The translations under genes and the position numbers were made by a program. Positions 1-8,402 of a stretch of DNA of 30,572 nt are shown piece after piece (positions within the stretch are counted from its first letter, which is position 1; every line of letters begins with the position of its first letter). Source of the stretch: Candidatus Hermodarchaeota archaeon (GTDB taxonomy: Archaea; Asgardarchaeota; Hermodarchaeia; Hermodarchaeales; Hermodarchaeaceae). The notes under the pieces are model-generated. The model was not told the origin of the DNA. It ran no database searches and saw only the letters and a program-made list of their open reading frames with translations. The stretch lies in the NCBI GenBank assembly GCA_016839805.1, contig JAEOTO010000028.1, positions 1 through 30,572 on the forward strand. Direction: 5' to 3'.

Positions 1-1
1 G

Positions 2-418
2 CCAGGATTGGCGCCGTTGCTCAATCGAGACTAAGGCAAATCCGACGAGTAGCACTATATTTGCTATTGCTGCAAGATAGCTAGAGGCAGAGGGATATGA
101 GACTGGTAGACCAAAAAAGAGGGTTTCCACTAAGAGCCAGAAATTAGCACATACACCGATTATACTTGTGATTGCCACGATGAGTGCAAGACGACGGGCC
201 ACTAGATTATGAAATCCGAGAAGAATGAGACAAACACCAAAAATCGTAAGGAACACTACGATGTTAGCACTTAGCAAATATGTCAGAGCTATTTGGGAAT
301 CAAATAAACCGATAACGAATGGAATTAATGAAAAGATGAGTGCTATAGGAAAAGCGATAATTACGAATTTATGACCATAGCTTTGAAACCATGGACTTCC
401 TTTGATGTTTTGTGACAC
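2..418 (-). CDS. Polytopic membrane protein, N-terminal part (runs off the left edge of the window)
   Basis: Hand translation from GTG at 418, preceded by GGGGTGA (RBS-like): MSQNIKGSPWFQSYGHKFVIIAFPIALIFSLIPFVIGLFDSQIALTYLLSANIVVFLTIFGVCLILLGFHNLVARRLALIVAITSIIGVCANFWLLVETLFFG... Open to position 2, with about four hydrophobic segments. Not in the ORF track because it is truncated. Confidence 0.8.
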   Translation of the reverse strand, partial: MSQNIKGSPWFQSYGHKFVIIAFPIALIFSLIPFVIGLFDSQIALTYLLSANIVVFLTIFGVCLILLGFHNLVARRLALIVAITSIIGVCANFWLLVETLFFGLPVSYPSASSYLAAIANIVLLVGFALVSIEQRRQSW

Positions 419-522
419 CTCGTCACCCCACCTTTCACGAGGCAGTAAAGAGGAGAGGCTTATCTTAAGCTAAAAAGCTTTTCACACCCAATCTATTTCA
501 AATTAGTTGTCAGTATTTGATC

Positions 523-2595
523 TTATGATGCCATTTGATCAATTCGTTGACGATTCCGGAGAAACACAAAGACACCGATTGCCACTATGATAATTGTTAT
601 GGTGAGCGTGATGCCAACTCCCATTAGTAAGGATGGCATAGGATTTGCTCTCGAGGTGAATGAATAATATAATCCTTCATTGTCATCAATAACAACATTA
701 TTGACATTATCAATAGCTTCGATGTAAAACCGAAGTTGAGTTCCAGCAGGATATGGACCAAGCATCAATGTGAAAGAATCCCCATTGGTTAGTTCCATCC
801 GCCTTAAACGCCAGTATGTATTGTCTATATCAAAATGGACTAACACGTTGTAAATTCCTGTACCACGGCTATCTTGTGTAATAGTAGCACTAATTATCAC
901 TACATCAGTGTCTAAAGGTTGTACAGGAAGAAAATGAACATCTGAAATGATAGGGGGAAATGATTCAATGGTGACACTAATGCCTGCTATGACATAATTC
1001 CCATTAGCATCAATCACAAGGGCTTCGATGAGAATTGCGCCATTACCAGTAACGGTCCAATTATAGTAGTAGACTAAACCAGGAAGGTGTTGGGAAGCAA
1101 GTGCCCAAGAACCGTTATTAGTACGCACTTGAACCATACGGATGGGATATCCATCAGGATCTGAAACATTGATCCAAATCGTGCTGTGAAATCCTTCGAC
1201 TAAAATATCGCCTGAATGTGGTGAATGGATTTCGCAATGGATTCCCTTGTCAAATATTGTGCGTATTTGAGTATAGGAAATCCAACCTGCGGCATCAAAG
1301 ATGCGCGCTTTCAGTGTTACAGGACCATACATGCCAACAGAATTGAGAAGATGGGTGCAATGGGTGGCATTTAGCCCTGCGGTGATATCAATCCAAGGTT
1401 CATTGTTTATCGAGAGTTCAACCTGCGTAATATCATTGTAGTCATCATCTACAGCTAATATTACTGAAACGGAATCCTGTGGTGATGTAAAACTGTCGTC
1501 TACGGGGCTGACAAAGTGGACATCTGGAAATCCTGGTTGAGTTGAAACAATTGTGGCATAATCAGCTAGCGCCGCAACAGCAGTCTGAGTTGCCAACGTA
1601 CCAAGAGGAATTGAATAATCAGGTTGTCCCAAATGATCTTGGCTACTATGTATGTAGGGATTACCTAGCCCGTTATATTCAAAGAACCACACAGCCGGTA
1701 TCCCTTGTCCCCAAAAGGGTGCATGATCACTCATCGTCCAACCAGGTTTATGATTAGTCTGTATAGGTGCGCCAACCCACGTTTGACCAATTGTGGCAAT
1801 TTGTTGGGCAATAGTCTCACTCATATCTCCATTATGGATAATCTCCAACTTTCGATTCACAGGCGCATTAGGGCTTTCCCATAGAAGCATATCAAAATTA
1901 TACATCAGGGCTACTGGTACATTCTCCTGCTCGAGTTTGTTGGCATAGGCACTGCTGCCAACAAGACCAATTTCTTCTGCATTAAAGCCAACGAAGTGAA
2001 TGGTGTAATTATAGTAGTACTGTGACATGGATTTCGCCATTTCTAGCACAGCAGCAATTCCGGAGCCATTATCATCAGCCCCTTTCGATGAACTGGGTAT
2101 TGTATCAAAATGTGCTCCAACGACGATACATTCGTTATTGTTTGCATTTCCCCCTTGCAATGTTCCTATCACATTAGGACCTTCAGTTCCGAAATAATGG
2201 AAGGATACCTCCAATCCTGCCTCGCTGAATACGGAGGCGATGTAATCGGCTGCTTCTTCATTTTGCGTGGTCCCATACATTCGGGAACCTATCGTCACAG
2301 CTAAGGTTATGAGTTCATCACCGTATGAATTAGTTGTGATTTGGTCCAAGATTGCCTGAATTTCTGTAGGAGCGGTATTATAAGGGATCGTGGGTGAGGG
2401 ATTCGCACGGTGATTGACTGGGATTATCGATTCTGATTGAGTTCCAAAGTGAAGTAATGGGTGAAATATAGGACTCGGGATTAATGAAGAACTTGATGAA
2501 TTTGGAGCTGGATGGGGAAAACTGAGAAAGAGTAGGCCAATGAATAAGAAAAGGAAAGTAAGAGAAGAGAACTTTGATGAACGCAAGATTATCAC
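523..2595 (-). CDS. Secreted, membrane-anchored M28-family Zn aminopeptidase with C-terminal beta-rich (Ig-like) repeats
   Basis: M28 motifs GAHFDT, GADDNGSG, NAEEIG, NFDM, SDH, HSSQD. N-terminal hydrophobic signal, several beta-sandwich-like repeats, and a C-terminal TM helix followed by a basic tail (FLRNRQR). Confidence 0.9.
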   Translation of the reverse strand: MIILRSSKFSSLTFLFLFIGLLFLSFPHPAPNSSSSSLIPSPIFHPLLHFGTQSESIIPVNHRANPSPTIPYNTAPTEIQAILDQITTNSYGDELITLAVTIGSRMYGTTQNEEAADYIASVFSEAGLEVSFHYFGTEGPNVIGTLQGGNANNNECIVVGAHFDTIPSSSKGADDNGSGIAAVLEMAKSMSQYYYNYTIHFVGFNAEEIGLVGSSAYANKLEQENVPVALMYNFDMLLWESPNAPVNRKLEIIHNGDMSETIAQQIATIGQTWVGAPIQTNHKPGWTMSDHAPFWGQGIPAVWFFEYNGLGNPYIHSSQDHLGQPDYSIPLGTLATQTAVAALADYATIVSTQPGFPDVHFVSPVDDSFTSPQDSVSVILAVDDDYNDITQVELSINNEPWIDITAGLNATHCTHLLNSVGMYGPVTLKARIFDAAGWISYTQIRTIFDKGIHCEIHSPHSGDILVEGFHSTIWINVSDPDGYPIRMVQVRTNNGSWALASQHLPGLVYYYNWTVTGNGAILIEALVIDANGNYVIAGISVTIESFPPIISDVHFLPVQPLDTDVVIISATITQDSRGTGIYNVLVHFDIDNTYWRLRRMELTNGDSFTLMLGPYPAGTQLRFYIEAIDNVNNVVIDDNEGLYYSFTSRANPMPSLLMGVGITLTITIIIVAIGVFVFLRNRQRIDQMAS

Positions 2596-2685
2596 TCATA
2601 TAATTTTGTTTAGGAGAATTAGTTTTTGAATAAATCCTTTCCTAATACGACAACCTTCTTTAAGGAATAGTAGCGTTCGTGAAAA

Positions 2686-3894
2686 TTAGTTATGTGTCGT
2701 GTCTAAAGAACACACTTTGAGGAGCGTTTGTTGGAACTCATTAAGAACCTCACGGAATTCATCTCGGACCTCGAGATATAGATTATTCCGTTGTAACTGT
2801 AATGTATACAGAATTTGTAATAATTCACTCTGGAGAAATTCAGCAATTTCACCATAGGCGTCCACTAACGTGAGCATCTGTTGCGAATAGGCACTATATT
2901 CTAGGAAAAGAGAATATGCTTGCGACACTCCAAGTAACATCCCTTGGCAATCTCGAATATTAGTTTTAAATTCATGTACCCGAGATCCAGTACTGATCTT
3001 ATCCATAATATCAATAATTTCAAGATGGGATCCTTCGAAAATGCTAGAAAAGAGGGTAATATGGTGCCGTTCATAGACCCAATAGGTTCGATTAGATAAG
3101 CTTACATGCTCTTTAAAGCGTTCATGCAGTTTTTTGAACACAGTAATTTTGTGGTCAAATTCTTCCAATTCCTGGGCACCGAAATAACCAGTGGACTCGG
3201 TGAGAATAAAGGAGGGATGATTTTGAGCATCCTTCACAAAGAATTCGATGGCTTCTACGACAAGATTGACCTTTATACTCAAGTCTTGTTCAGCAATAGC
3301 CGCGTTCAGGATTTTGAATCCAGCTTCCCGTAACTCCTCAGCTTCTTGTGAAGTTGCGTAACAGAGGACTTCAAGAAAACGGTTCATACTTTCACTGAAA
3401 GTATGCGAAACTGCAATTTCTAATCGTGGTAAATACTGTGCCAACTTTTTCGTATTTCGCTCCACCGCTTGGTACTCGTCGAGGAATTGTTTCAGAAACC
3501 ACCCAACACCTTGAATATCTAATTCAGTGATGTCTATCTTTACGCGTGGATCACTGGATACCCGGACCATTTCAGCAAACATACGATGATCCGTTATGCC
3601 AATTGAAGCGAAGAGGGTTGCCATGCTCCGTTGACTACTGCGATAATAGGCATAATAGATTAACAGGTTGTCAACGAACTCATCAATATAATGTAATAGA
3701 TCGATGGTATCAAAAACTCGCATTGTAGTTCCAAAACTTTGTGCCTCCAAATATTTGGAGAGCCGGTTTTGTGCTTCATTCTGAATTGTTTGCCATCGGT
3801 CATCGTATCTCTGGCTTAGAGCTATGTATTGCTCCAACAGTTCCCAAAGCCGTTTAGGTGGGGTAACTTCTGTTGAAGCAGCGTCCTCAGCCAT
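2686..3894 (-). CDS. Hypothetical alpha-helical protein (402 aa), 39 nt downstream of the Rab-like GTPase
   Basis: Long ORF rich in L/E/Q/F with amphipathic helical patterning, few Pro/Gly, no catalytic motif recognised. Same strand as the GTPase with a short gap. Confidence 0.8.
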   Translation of the reverse strand: MAEDAASTEVTPPKRLWELLEQYIALSQRYDDRWQTIQNEAQNRLSKYLEAQSFGTTMRVFDTIDLLHYIDEFVDNLLIYYAYYRSSQRSMATLFASIGITDHRMFAEMVRVSSDPRVKIDITELDIQGVGWFLKQFLDEYQAVERNTKKLAQYLPRLEIAVSHTFSESMNRFLEVLCYATSQEAEELREAGFKILNAAIAEQDLSIKVNLVVEAIEFFVKDAQNHPSFILTESTGYFGAQELEEFDHKITVFKKLHERFKEHVSLSNRTYWVYERHHITLFSSIFEGSHLEIIDIMDKISTGSRVHEFKTNIRDCQGMLLGVSQAYSLFLEYSAYSQQMLTLVDAYGEIAEFLQSELLQILYTLQLQRNNLYLEVRDEFREVLNEFQQTLLKVCSLDTTHN

Positions 3895-3933
3895 TGTCCT
3901 TCAACTAATTATTCTCTAGATGCCAGGACCGCC

Positions 3934-4482
3934 TTATTCCATCTTTGGTTCTTTAGTGAGTTCCGAAGCTAAAATGAGTTCTGCTAATTTCTTGAACACA
4001 TCAGTAACAGCATAATCAGTCTTTGCACTTGTTTCAAAGTAGGGTATCTCCTTTTGCGCAGAATACACTTGAACCTCATCGGTATTCACCACGCGAGAAT
4101 CTGTCAAATCTAATTTATTCCCTACTAGAATTATTGGCACATCCAACCCAGAATACTTGCGAATCTGATTGAACCACTTTTCAACATTCACAAAGCTTTG
4201 ACGCATCGTAATATCAAAGACTAATAATGCACCCTTCGCCCCACGATAATAAATCGGTCGAACACCCGCATAGCGTTCTTGACCAGCAGTATCCCAGGCC
4301 TGAAGTTTTACGATATAATTATTCACCGGGATGGATTTGACGATGAAATCTACACCAAGGGTGGAGATATAACCATCTGTAAAGGTGCCGTAAGCGAACC
4401 GTGTCGTGAGACTAGTTTTTCCAACCTCAGCGTCGCCGACTAGTACAACTTTGAAAAGGTAATCGAATGCATCGTGTGACAT
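3934..4482 (-). CDS. Rab-like small GTPase (Ras superfamily)
   Basis: G1 GDAEVGKT, G2 YISTLG, G3 WDTAGQE, G4 NKLD, G5 ETSAK. N-terminal FDYLFKVVLVGD. RabF-like LGVDF, KLQAW, YYRGA, LVFDIT. No C-terminal cysteines. Start placed at ATG 4482 (MSHDAF) rather than TTG 4509. Confidence 0.95.
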   Translation of the reverse strand: MSHDAFDYLFKVVLVGDAEVGKTSLTTRFAYGTFTDGYISTLGVDFIVKSIPVNNYIVKLQAWDTAGQERYAGVRPIYYRGAKGALLVFDITMRQSFVNVEKWFNQIRKYSGLDVPIILVGNKLDLTDSRVVNTDEVQVYSAQKEIPYFETSAKTDYAVTDVFKKLAELILASELTKEPKME

Positions 4483-4590
4483 GCCCAGGTCCCACAGAGT
4501 TTTTTCCAAGTTACATGCAGTAGAAGTGTCACTTAAACATTAGTATCGCAAAAAATCCGTAATGAGATTCCTCAAGAATAATGAAACAGG

Positions 4591-5751
4591 CTAGCGGGGA
4601 AGGTATTCATAGCCTCGGTACCCTTTGCGGCGTTGAAGTTTCTTTTTATCAAAGAGTTTCTTCAATTCGTTTGATGCTGTTCCCTTCGTAATCCCAACTT
4701 CTTCAGCAACTGTAGCTGTGGTGACACTTCTCCTTTCTTTCGCCAGAGCTAAGATTTCACGTTGAGTTGCCGTAAGCTCATCAAATTCAGTGAACCAGTC
4801 ATCCTCATCATCGATTGTGCTGGTTTCAATGAATCGTTCTTCGTCGAGTGGTGAGGGAATTAATGTGGTAGGAATGGGTGGACTTGGTCGTTGTTTCACG
4901 ACTTGTTGCACAAAATCACTGGTAATACGATCACCAGAGGGTGTATCCTCTTGAAAAGCTAGGGAAATGATGTTTTCACAAAATCGAAGTGTGCTTCGTG
5001 GAATCCCGCGAGTATGTAGGTGAATTTCATCAAGAGCTTCTGCAGTAAATGGAGTAATGCCCTTACCACCAAAGTGCCGGATTCGCTGACGAATGAGCTG
5101 TTCCATCTCCTTCCGAGAAAGAACTTCTGGTCCCCCGTCCCCCTCTGATTCAAGGGAAAATTGTAGAGTCACTCGTTCAGCTACAGGTGGAAAAATACTC
5201 ATTAAAGCCTTAGTAAACCCAGTTAATCCAGCAATAAACACAACGACAGCGGGCAGGTCACTCAGCACTCGAAGCCATCGCACTGTCTTTCGCTTTTCAA
5301 ACTCGATACTCTCAGAATCCTCTTGTGTCAACGCTAAGCTTTGTCCATCATCAATCATCAAAACAATTCGTTGTTTACTCTGGGTATGAAACTCACGAAC
5401 CTTCGCAATCAGTTCATCAATTAGAACCGGAGTCGTTTTGATCTTCATCATCAAATGCTGTTTGAACAGTGATACCAAAGCATTACTCAGTAATGTAGAA
5501 TTCAAAGGTTCAGATATCAGACACGGAACCATCTGTGATAAGGATGACACGTAATCATTAAACCAACGAAGGATGTGGGTTTTACCCGTTCCCCGACCTC
5601 CCTCGATAAGAACGATATTACCAGTTCTCAGTTGAACAGTTAATGGATTGAGTAAGCGTTTTTCAGCTGCAAATACATCTGGCATAACATCAATACGAAA
5701 TGGAAAATCAGACCAGCCGAGGCTCTTTAATCGTTCATCGAAGGCGAACAT
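4591..5751 (-). CDS. ExeA/GspA-like AAA+ ATPase with C-terminal winged HTH
   Basis: N-terminal LGWSDFPF, Walker A GGRGTGKT, Walker B LMIDDGQ, and ExeA-type lid LSRKEMEQLIRQRI...PFTAEALDEIHLHTRGIPR. A Pro/acidic linker leads to an HTH (LTATQREIL...TATVAEEVGITKGTASNELKKL...GYEY). Confidence 0.8.
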   Translation of the reverse strand: MFAFDERLKSLGWSDFPFRIDVMPDVFAAEKRLLNPLTVQLRTGNIVLIEGGRGTGKTHILRWFNDYVSSLSQMVPCLISEPLNSTLLSNALVSLFKQHLMMKIKTTPVLIDELIAKVREFHTQSKQRIVLMIDDGQSLALTQEDSESIEFEKRKTVRWLRVLSDLPAVVVFIAGLTGFTKALMSIFPPVAERVTLQFSLESEGDGGPEVLSRKEMEQLIRQRIRHFGGKGITPFTAEALDEIHLHTRGIPRSTLRFCENIISLAFQEDTPSGDRITSDFVQQVVKQRPSPPIPTTLIPSPLDEERFIETSTIDDEDDWFTEFDELTATQREILALAKERRSVTTATVAEEVGITKGTASNELKKLFDKKKLQRRKGYRGYEYLPR

Positions 5752-5840
5752 CTGCTTATCACTATCCGATCAGCAATTGTGATTATTCACCACGTTTCCT
5801 TACTTCATGTATTCAGCTTCTTCGTCCCAGTCTCCATGAC

Positions 5841-6122
5841 TCATGCGTCAGAAAGTACTCCGTCGCCCATCCGACCCAAGAAATTGTTATTAGCGAAGGG
5901 ACAGATGACCTCGATACCTGCCGTTGGATTATAGGCAACCTGTTCTTTTCCTATCGGACAGAACAAGGCACAATATCCTCCGTCAACAAGTCGACCATTT
6001 CGTTGACAAGTGAATGTTCTGGCTGTTGGCGTAATTAGTTCAAGTATGGCATTTGCATCGAGCTGTTCCAGGGCTTGTTCGAGTCGTAGTTTTGGTTGAA
6101 GCGCTTTGACCTTATTACTCAC
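5841..6122 (-). CDS. Small hypothetical protein with four Cys (possible metal binding)
   Basis: 93 aa with C-x11-C-x3-C-x18-C. Its GTG start overlaps the TGA stop of the upstream ORF (GTGA), indicating translational coupling. Confidence 0.65.
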   Translation of the reverse strand: MSNKVKALQPKLRLEQALEQLDANAILELITPTARTFTCQRNGRLVDGGYCALFCPIGKEQVAYNPTAGIEVICPFANNNFLGRMGDGVLSDA

Positions 6123-6322
6123 GAGTGCCTCACCTCTTTTCGTCGCTTCGCAAGAAGTTCTTCCTCGCGAAGCTGTGCAATTGTACGGGCAATACGGACA
6201 CGAAGCGTTGCCGTCACCAAGGGCATTGATTCTTTAAGTTGCTCCTCAATGCTAGGGGCTTGGAGACGAGCGAGTGCGTCGGTTCGTGCTCTCCCAGACG
6301 CGGTTGCTTTGTCGATTGCCAT
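6119..6322 (-). CDS. Small basic helical hypothetical protein
   Basis: 67 aa, ATG start, 4-nt overlap with the next ORF, TATA-like element about 55 nt upstream. Confidence 0.6.
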   Translation of the reverse strand: MAIDKATASGRARTDALARLQAPSIEEQLKESMPLVTATLRVRIARTIAQLREEELLAKRRKEVRHS

Positions 6323-6376
6323 CGCTCATTAACCCTCATTGAGTTTCATTTGTATTCATTCATCTTCATTTTTCCC

Positions 6377-6390
6377 CATATAAAGCTTCG
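6377..6390 (-). promoter_or_regulatory. Putative archaeal TATA box (TTTATATG) with purine-rich upstream element for the 6322->4591 gene run
   Basis: Minus strand reads CGAAGC-TTTATATG, upstream of the first ORF of the run. Confidence 0.5.
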
Positions 6391-6660
6391 CATACATTCT
6401 ATACAGCGTTTAAGGCATTTAGAAAAGCACATGATTGAGGATTCTATGGAATAGGTTTAGTCAGAACACACAAGTGATGGAATAGATTTCCAGAAAAAAG
6501 ACATAAAACGGTTATTTTTAAGAATTTGGTTTTAAGTCGTCCATTAGAAATTCAAAATGAACATTAAAACGCCCCGAATGTGATCATCCAATCGCGCCAA
6601 TTCACGAGATTATTGAGATCTACTAATTATCTGGAAAATGCTATTATGACACTTTTGGGG

Positions 6661-6962
6661 GTTGAACCCAGCCCGTATCACTCCAGCTTTCGGTCCTGGC
6701 GAATCTCAAGCCCAGCAGAAACGCACCGGTTAGCCCGTGTTACACATCATACTGGCTGGGCACCGTCAGACTTCGCCACGCACCGAGGGACCTTTCCAAG
6801 GGACCCAGCCCACCCGTCACGCGGGGCACTGGATCACGTCCCCTTGCCGCCAGACCAGCGTCATCGCGCACACCGTTGCTGGGGTGCCTCCGTCTGGAGC
6901 GGCAAGTACCCCCGTTGCCAGGGGTCACCGTTCACAACATCAAATGAGAAACAGCCTAAATC
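6661..6962 (-). ncRNA. Putative TnpB guide-scaffold RNA (omega/reRNA-like), ~300 nt
   Basis: Directly downstream of the tnpB stop and GC-rich. Stems visible: ACCCCTG-GCAA-CGGGGGT (6908-6925, GNRA loop); CTTGCCGC/GCGGCAAG (6843-6850 with 6899-6906) extended by CAGAC/GTCTG; GGCTGGG/CCCAGCC (6754-6760 with 6804-6810); CCAG-gaccgaaag-CTGG. Ends in TTCAA(C), like the TCAA right-end motif of IS608/ISDra2. Confidence 0.7.
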
Positions 6963-8402
6963 CTAAGTCCTACACTGCACATACCTCCTGGCCAACACTG
7001 TTGCCGCATTTACATCCCGTGGAACCACCGCATTACATGCTGGGCACCTGAAGATCCGCTGCCACCGATGCCGGTAATTGATTTGCCCACACTTGCAACA
7101 TGTCTTGCTAGAGAACCGCGTATCCCGAGTAGATAGTTCCACTACGGGAATTGCCTTCCATAAAGCCTTCTCCCGGATGCGCCGGTGGAGTTGACCCCGG
7201 GCCCACACGCTCAAGACAAAACGGGTCACCCGCCGCCACAGTGGCGTACGATTCCGTGCAAACCGAAGATCCCGCAGATTCTCCAACACAATTACCACCA
7301 CGCCTTGCTGTCGAGTTGCATAGTCGACCACCGCCCTGGCTGCCACATGGGTCCAGTGATCCACTATCCGCTTAATTTTAGCATCAATACGATGCAGTAC
7401 CCCCTTGGCCTGGCGACGTGCAACGGTGCGGCGCTGCTGCCATTGGACTCGGAGTTGATGACAGAACTGACGCCCCGACACGCACTTAGCAGCTTGGGGC
7501 ACATTCTGGCGCAGAGCCACGGCTGCCACTAAGGTGTTTGCCCCGATATCGACGCCCACGACGGTCTCTGGTGACTCCCTCCGTAGATCAGGGACTTGGA
7601 CCTTCCGCACCACCGGCACCGCCAAATGGGGGATACCCCCACGCAGAAGGAGGCGTGGTTCCCCGACCCGTAGCCCTCCCCTTCGATTCAGCGCCCGCTG
7701 GAGGATTCGCAAAGGTTGACCGCCTAGCTGCCATCGAGTTCGTCCGAGACCCAGAGAGGGGTCTCCGCTGCGTGAGGGACCTGGTAACCGAATGGTGCCA
7801 CCGCGGCTTTGCGGAGAGGTAACAGGAGCCCAAGCTGATCGCATTAACCGGGCAGGTCGCGTCAACCCACCTGAGGTGCTACCTGGGAAGCCCCACCCGG
7901 GCCAGGTGACAAACTCGCTGAAGGGTGCAGAAAGCAGCTGCAGGGGATGCCGGGTGGTATCCTTGAGTGGCTGGAGTAATGGCATGGGTCTCTCTGGGCT
8001 TTGACTCCCTGAGTCTTTGGATTCTGTCATCACCCCCTTGAGCCAACAAATGGTTTGGACGACGGTGACATTGGTGAGGCGAGTGAAAGTCTCGGTGCGG
8101 CGTATTCGGTTTTCTATCCAGTGGAGGAGTTCTGTGGCTTCGTTACAGGCTTCATCGAGGAGCATGGCGTTGAGGGCAGCAAAGTTTGGGATCTTCCGCA
8201 TGGTCTGATACATCTGTTTGGTGGCTTCGCGTTGGACCTTCCACGATTTGCCTATCATCCCTTGGGTGAAGAGTTGTTGGAGGGCAAAGGTCACCGCTTC
8301 GGTGTAGCGGGTATTAATGGTGACCAGTTGGTCGGGGTGGAGGTCGGGGAGGCGGCAATGGAGGGTTTTAATCGCTTGCTGACGGAATAGTGATGAGGTC
8401 AT
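6963..8402 (-). CDS. tnpB: RNA-guided endonuclease TnpB / Cas12f-like protein (479 aa)
   Basis: RuvC-I VVGVDIG, bridge-helix region SGRQF...RR...HWTHVAARAVVDYA, RuvC-II IVLENLRDLR, zinc finger CCKCG...FRCPACN, RuvC-III PRDVNAA. The D-E-D triad is intact. Confidence 0.93.
   Translation of the reverse strand: MTSSLFRQQAIKTLHCRLPDLHPDQLVTINTRYTEAVTFALQQLFTQGMIGKSWKVQREATKQMYQTMRKIPNFAALNAMLLDEACNEATELLHWIENRIRRTETFTRLTNVTVVQTICWLKGVMTESKDSGSQSPERPMPLLQPLKDTTRHPLQLLSAPFSEFVTWPGWGFPGSTSGGLTRPARLMRSAWAPVTSPQSRGGTIRLPGPSRSGDPSLGLGRTRWQLGGQPLRILQRALNRRGGLRVGEPRLLLRGGIPHLAVPVVRKVQVPDLRRESPETVVGVDIGANTLVAAVALRQNVPQAAKCVSGRQFCHQLRVQWQQRRTVARRQAKGVLHRIDAKIKRIVDHWTHVAARAVVDYATRQQGVVVIVLENLRDLRFARNRTPLWRRVTRFVLSVWARGQLHRRIREKALWKAIPVVELSTRDTRFSSKTCCKCGQINYRHRWQRIFRCPACNAVVPRDVNAATVLARRYVQCRT

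Noticed and set aside
2378-2599. Overlapping 73-aa ATG ORF suggesting a frameshift at the M28 gene start
   Set aside because: The GTG-started frame already gives a coherent signal peptide and continuous protein.
4795-4815. DDEDDW as a WASP/VCA-type acidic Arp2/3-binding motif
   Set aside because: Internal low-complexity linker before an HTH, with no WH2 or C segment. Likely coincidental.
4591-5751. Calling the AAA+-wHTH protein Orc1/Cdc6 or TnsC
   Set aside because: The N-terminus and lid match the ExeA pattern rather than the Cdc6 P..l.hRe motif. No TnsB, TniQ or Mu-type transposase is present.
6636-6660. A full target for the predicted TnpB guide elsewhere in the window
   Set aside because: Reading by eye found only short partial matches (e.g. 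near 4525 and 20794). A genome-wide and virome search is needed.
6661-6962. Structured ~300-nt GC-rich RNA as SRP (7S) RNA or RNase P RNA
   Set aside because: CCAGGACCGAAAG resembles SRP helix 8 but lacks the required GG-N-AGCA 3' side. GGAAAGGTCC only loosely resembles RNase P GAGGAAAGUCC, and no matching 3' P4 strand is present. Position and GC continuity tie it to tnpB. A cmscan against Rfam would settle it.
6580-8390. Multiple short plus-strand and alternate-frame ORFs in and around tnpB (e.g. 6580-6966, 7185-7532, 8055-8390)
   Set aside because: Shadow ORFs expected in GC-rich DNA. None has a Y1 HUH motif or serine-recombinase motif, so none is a tnpA.
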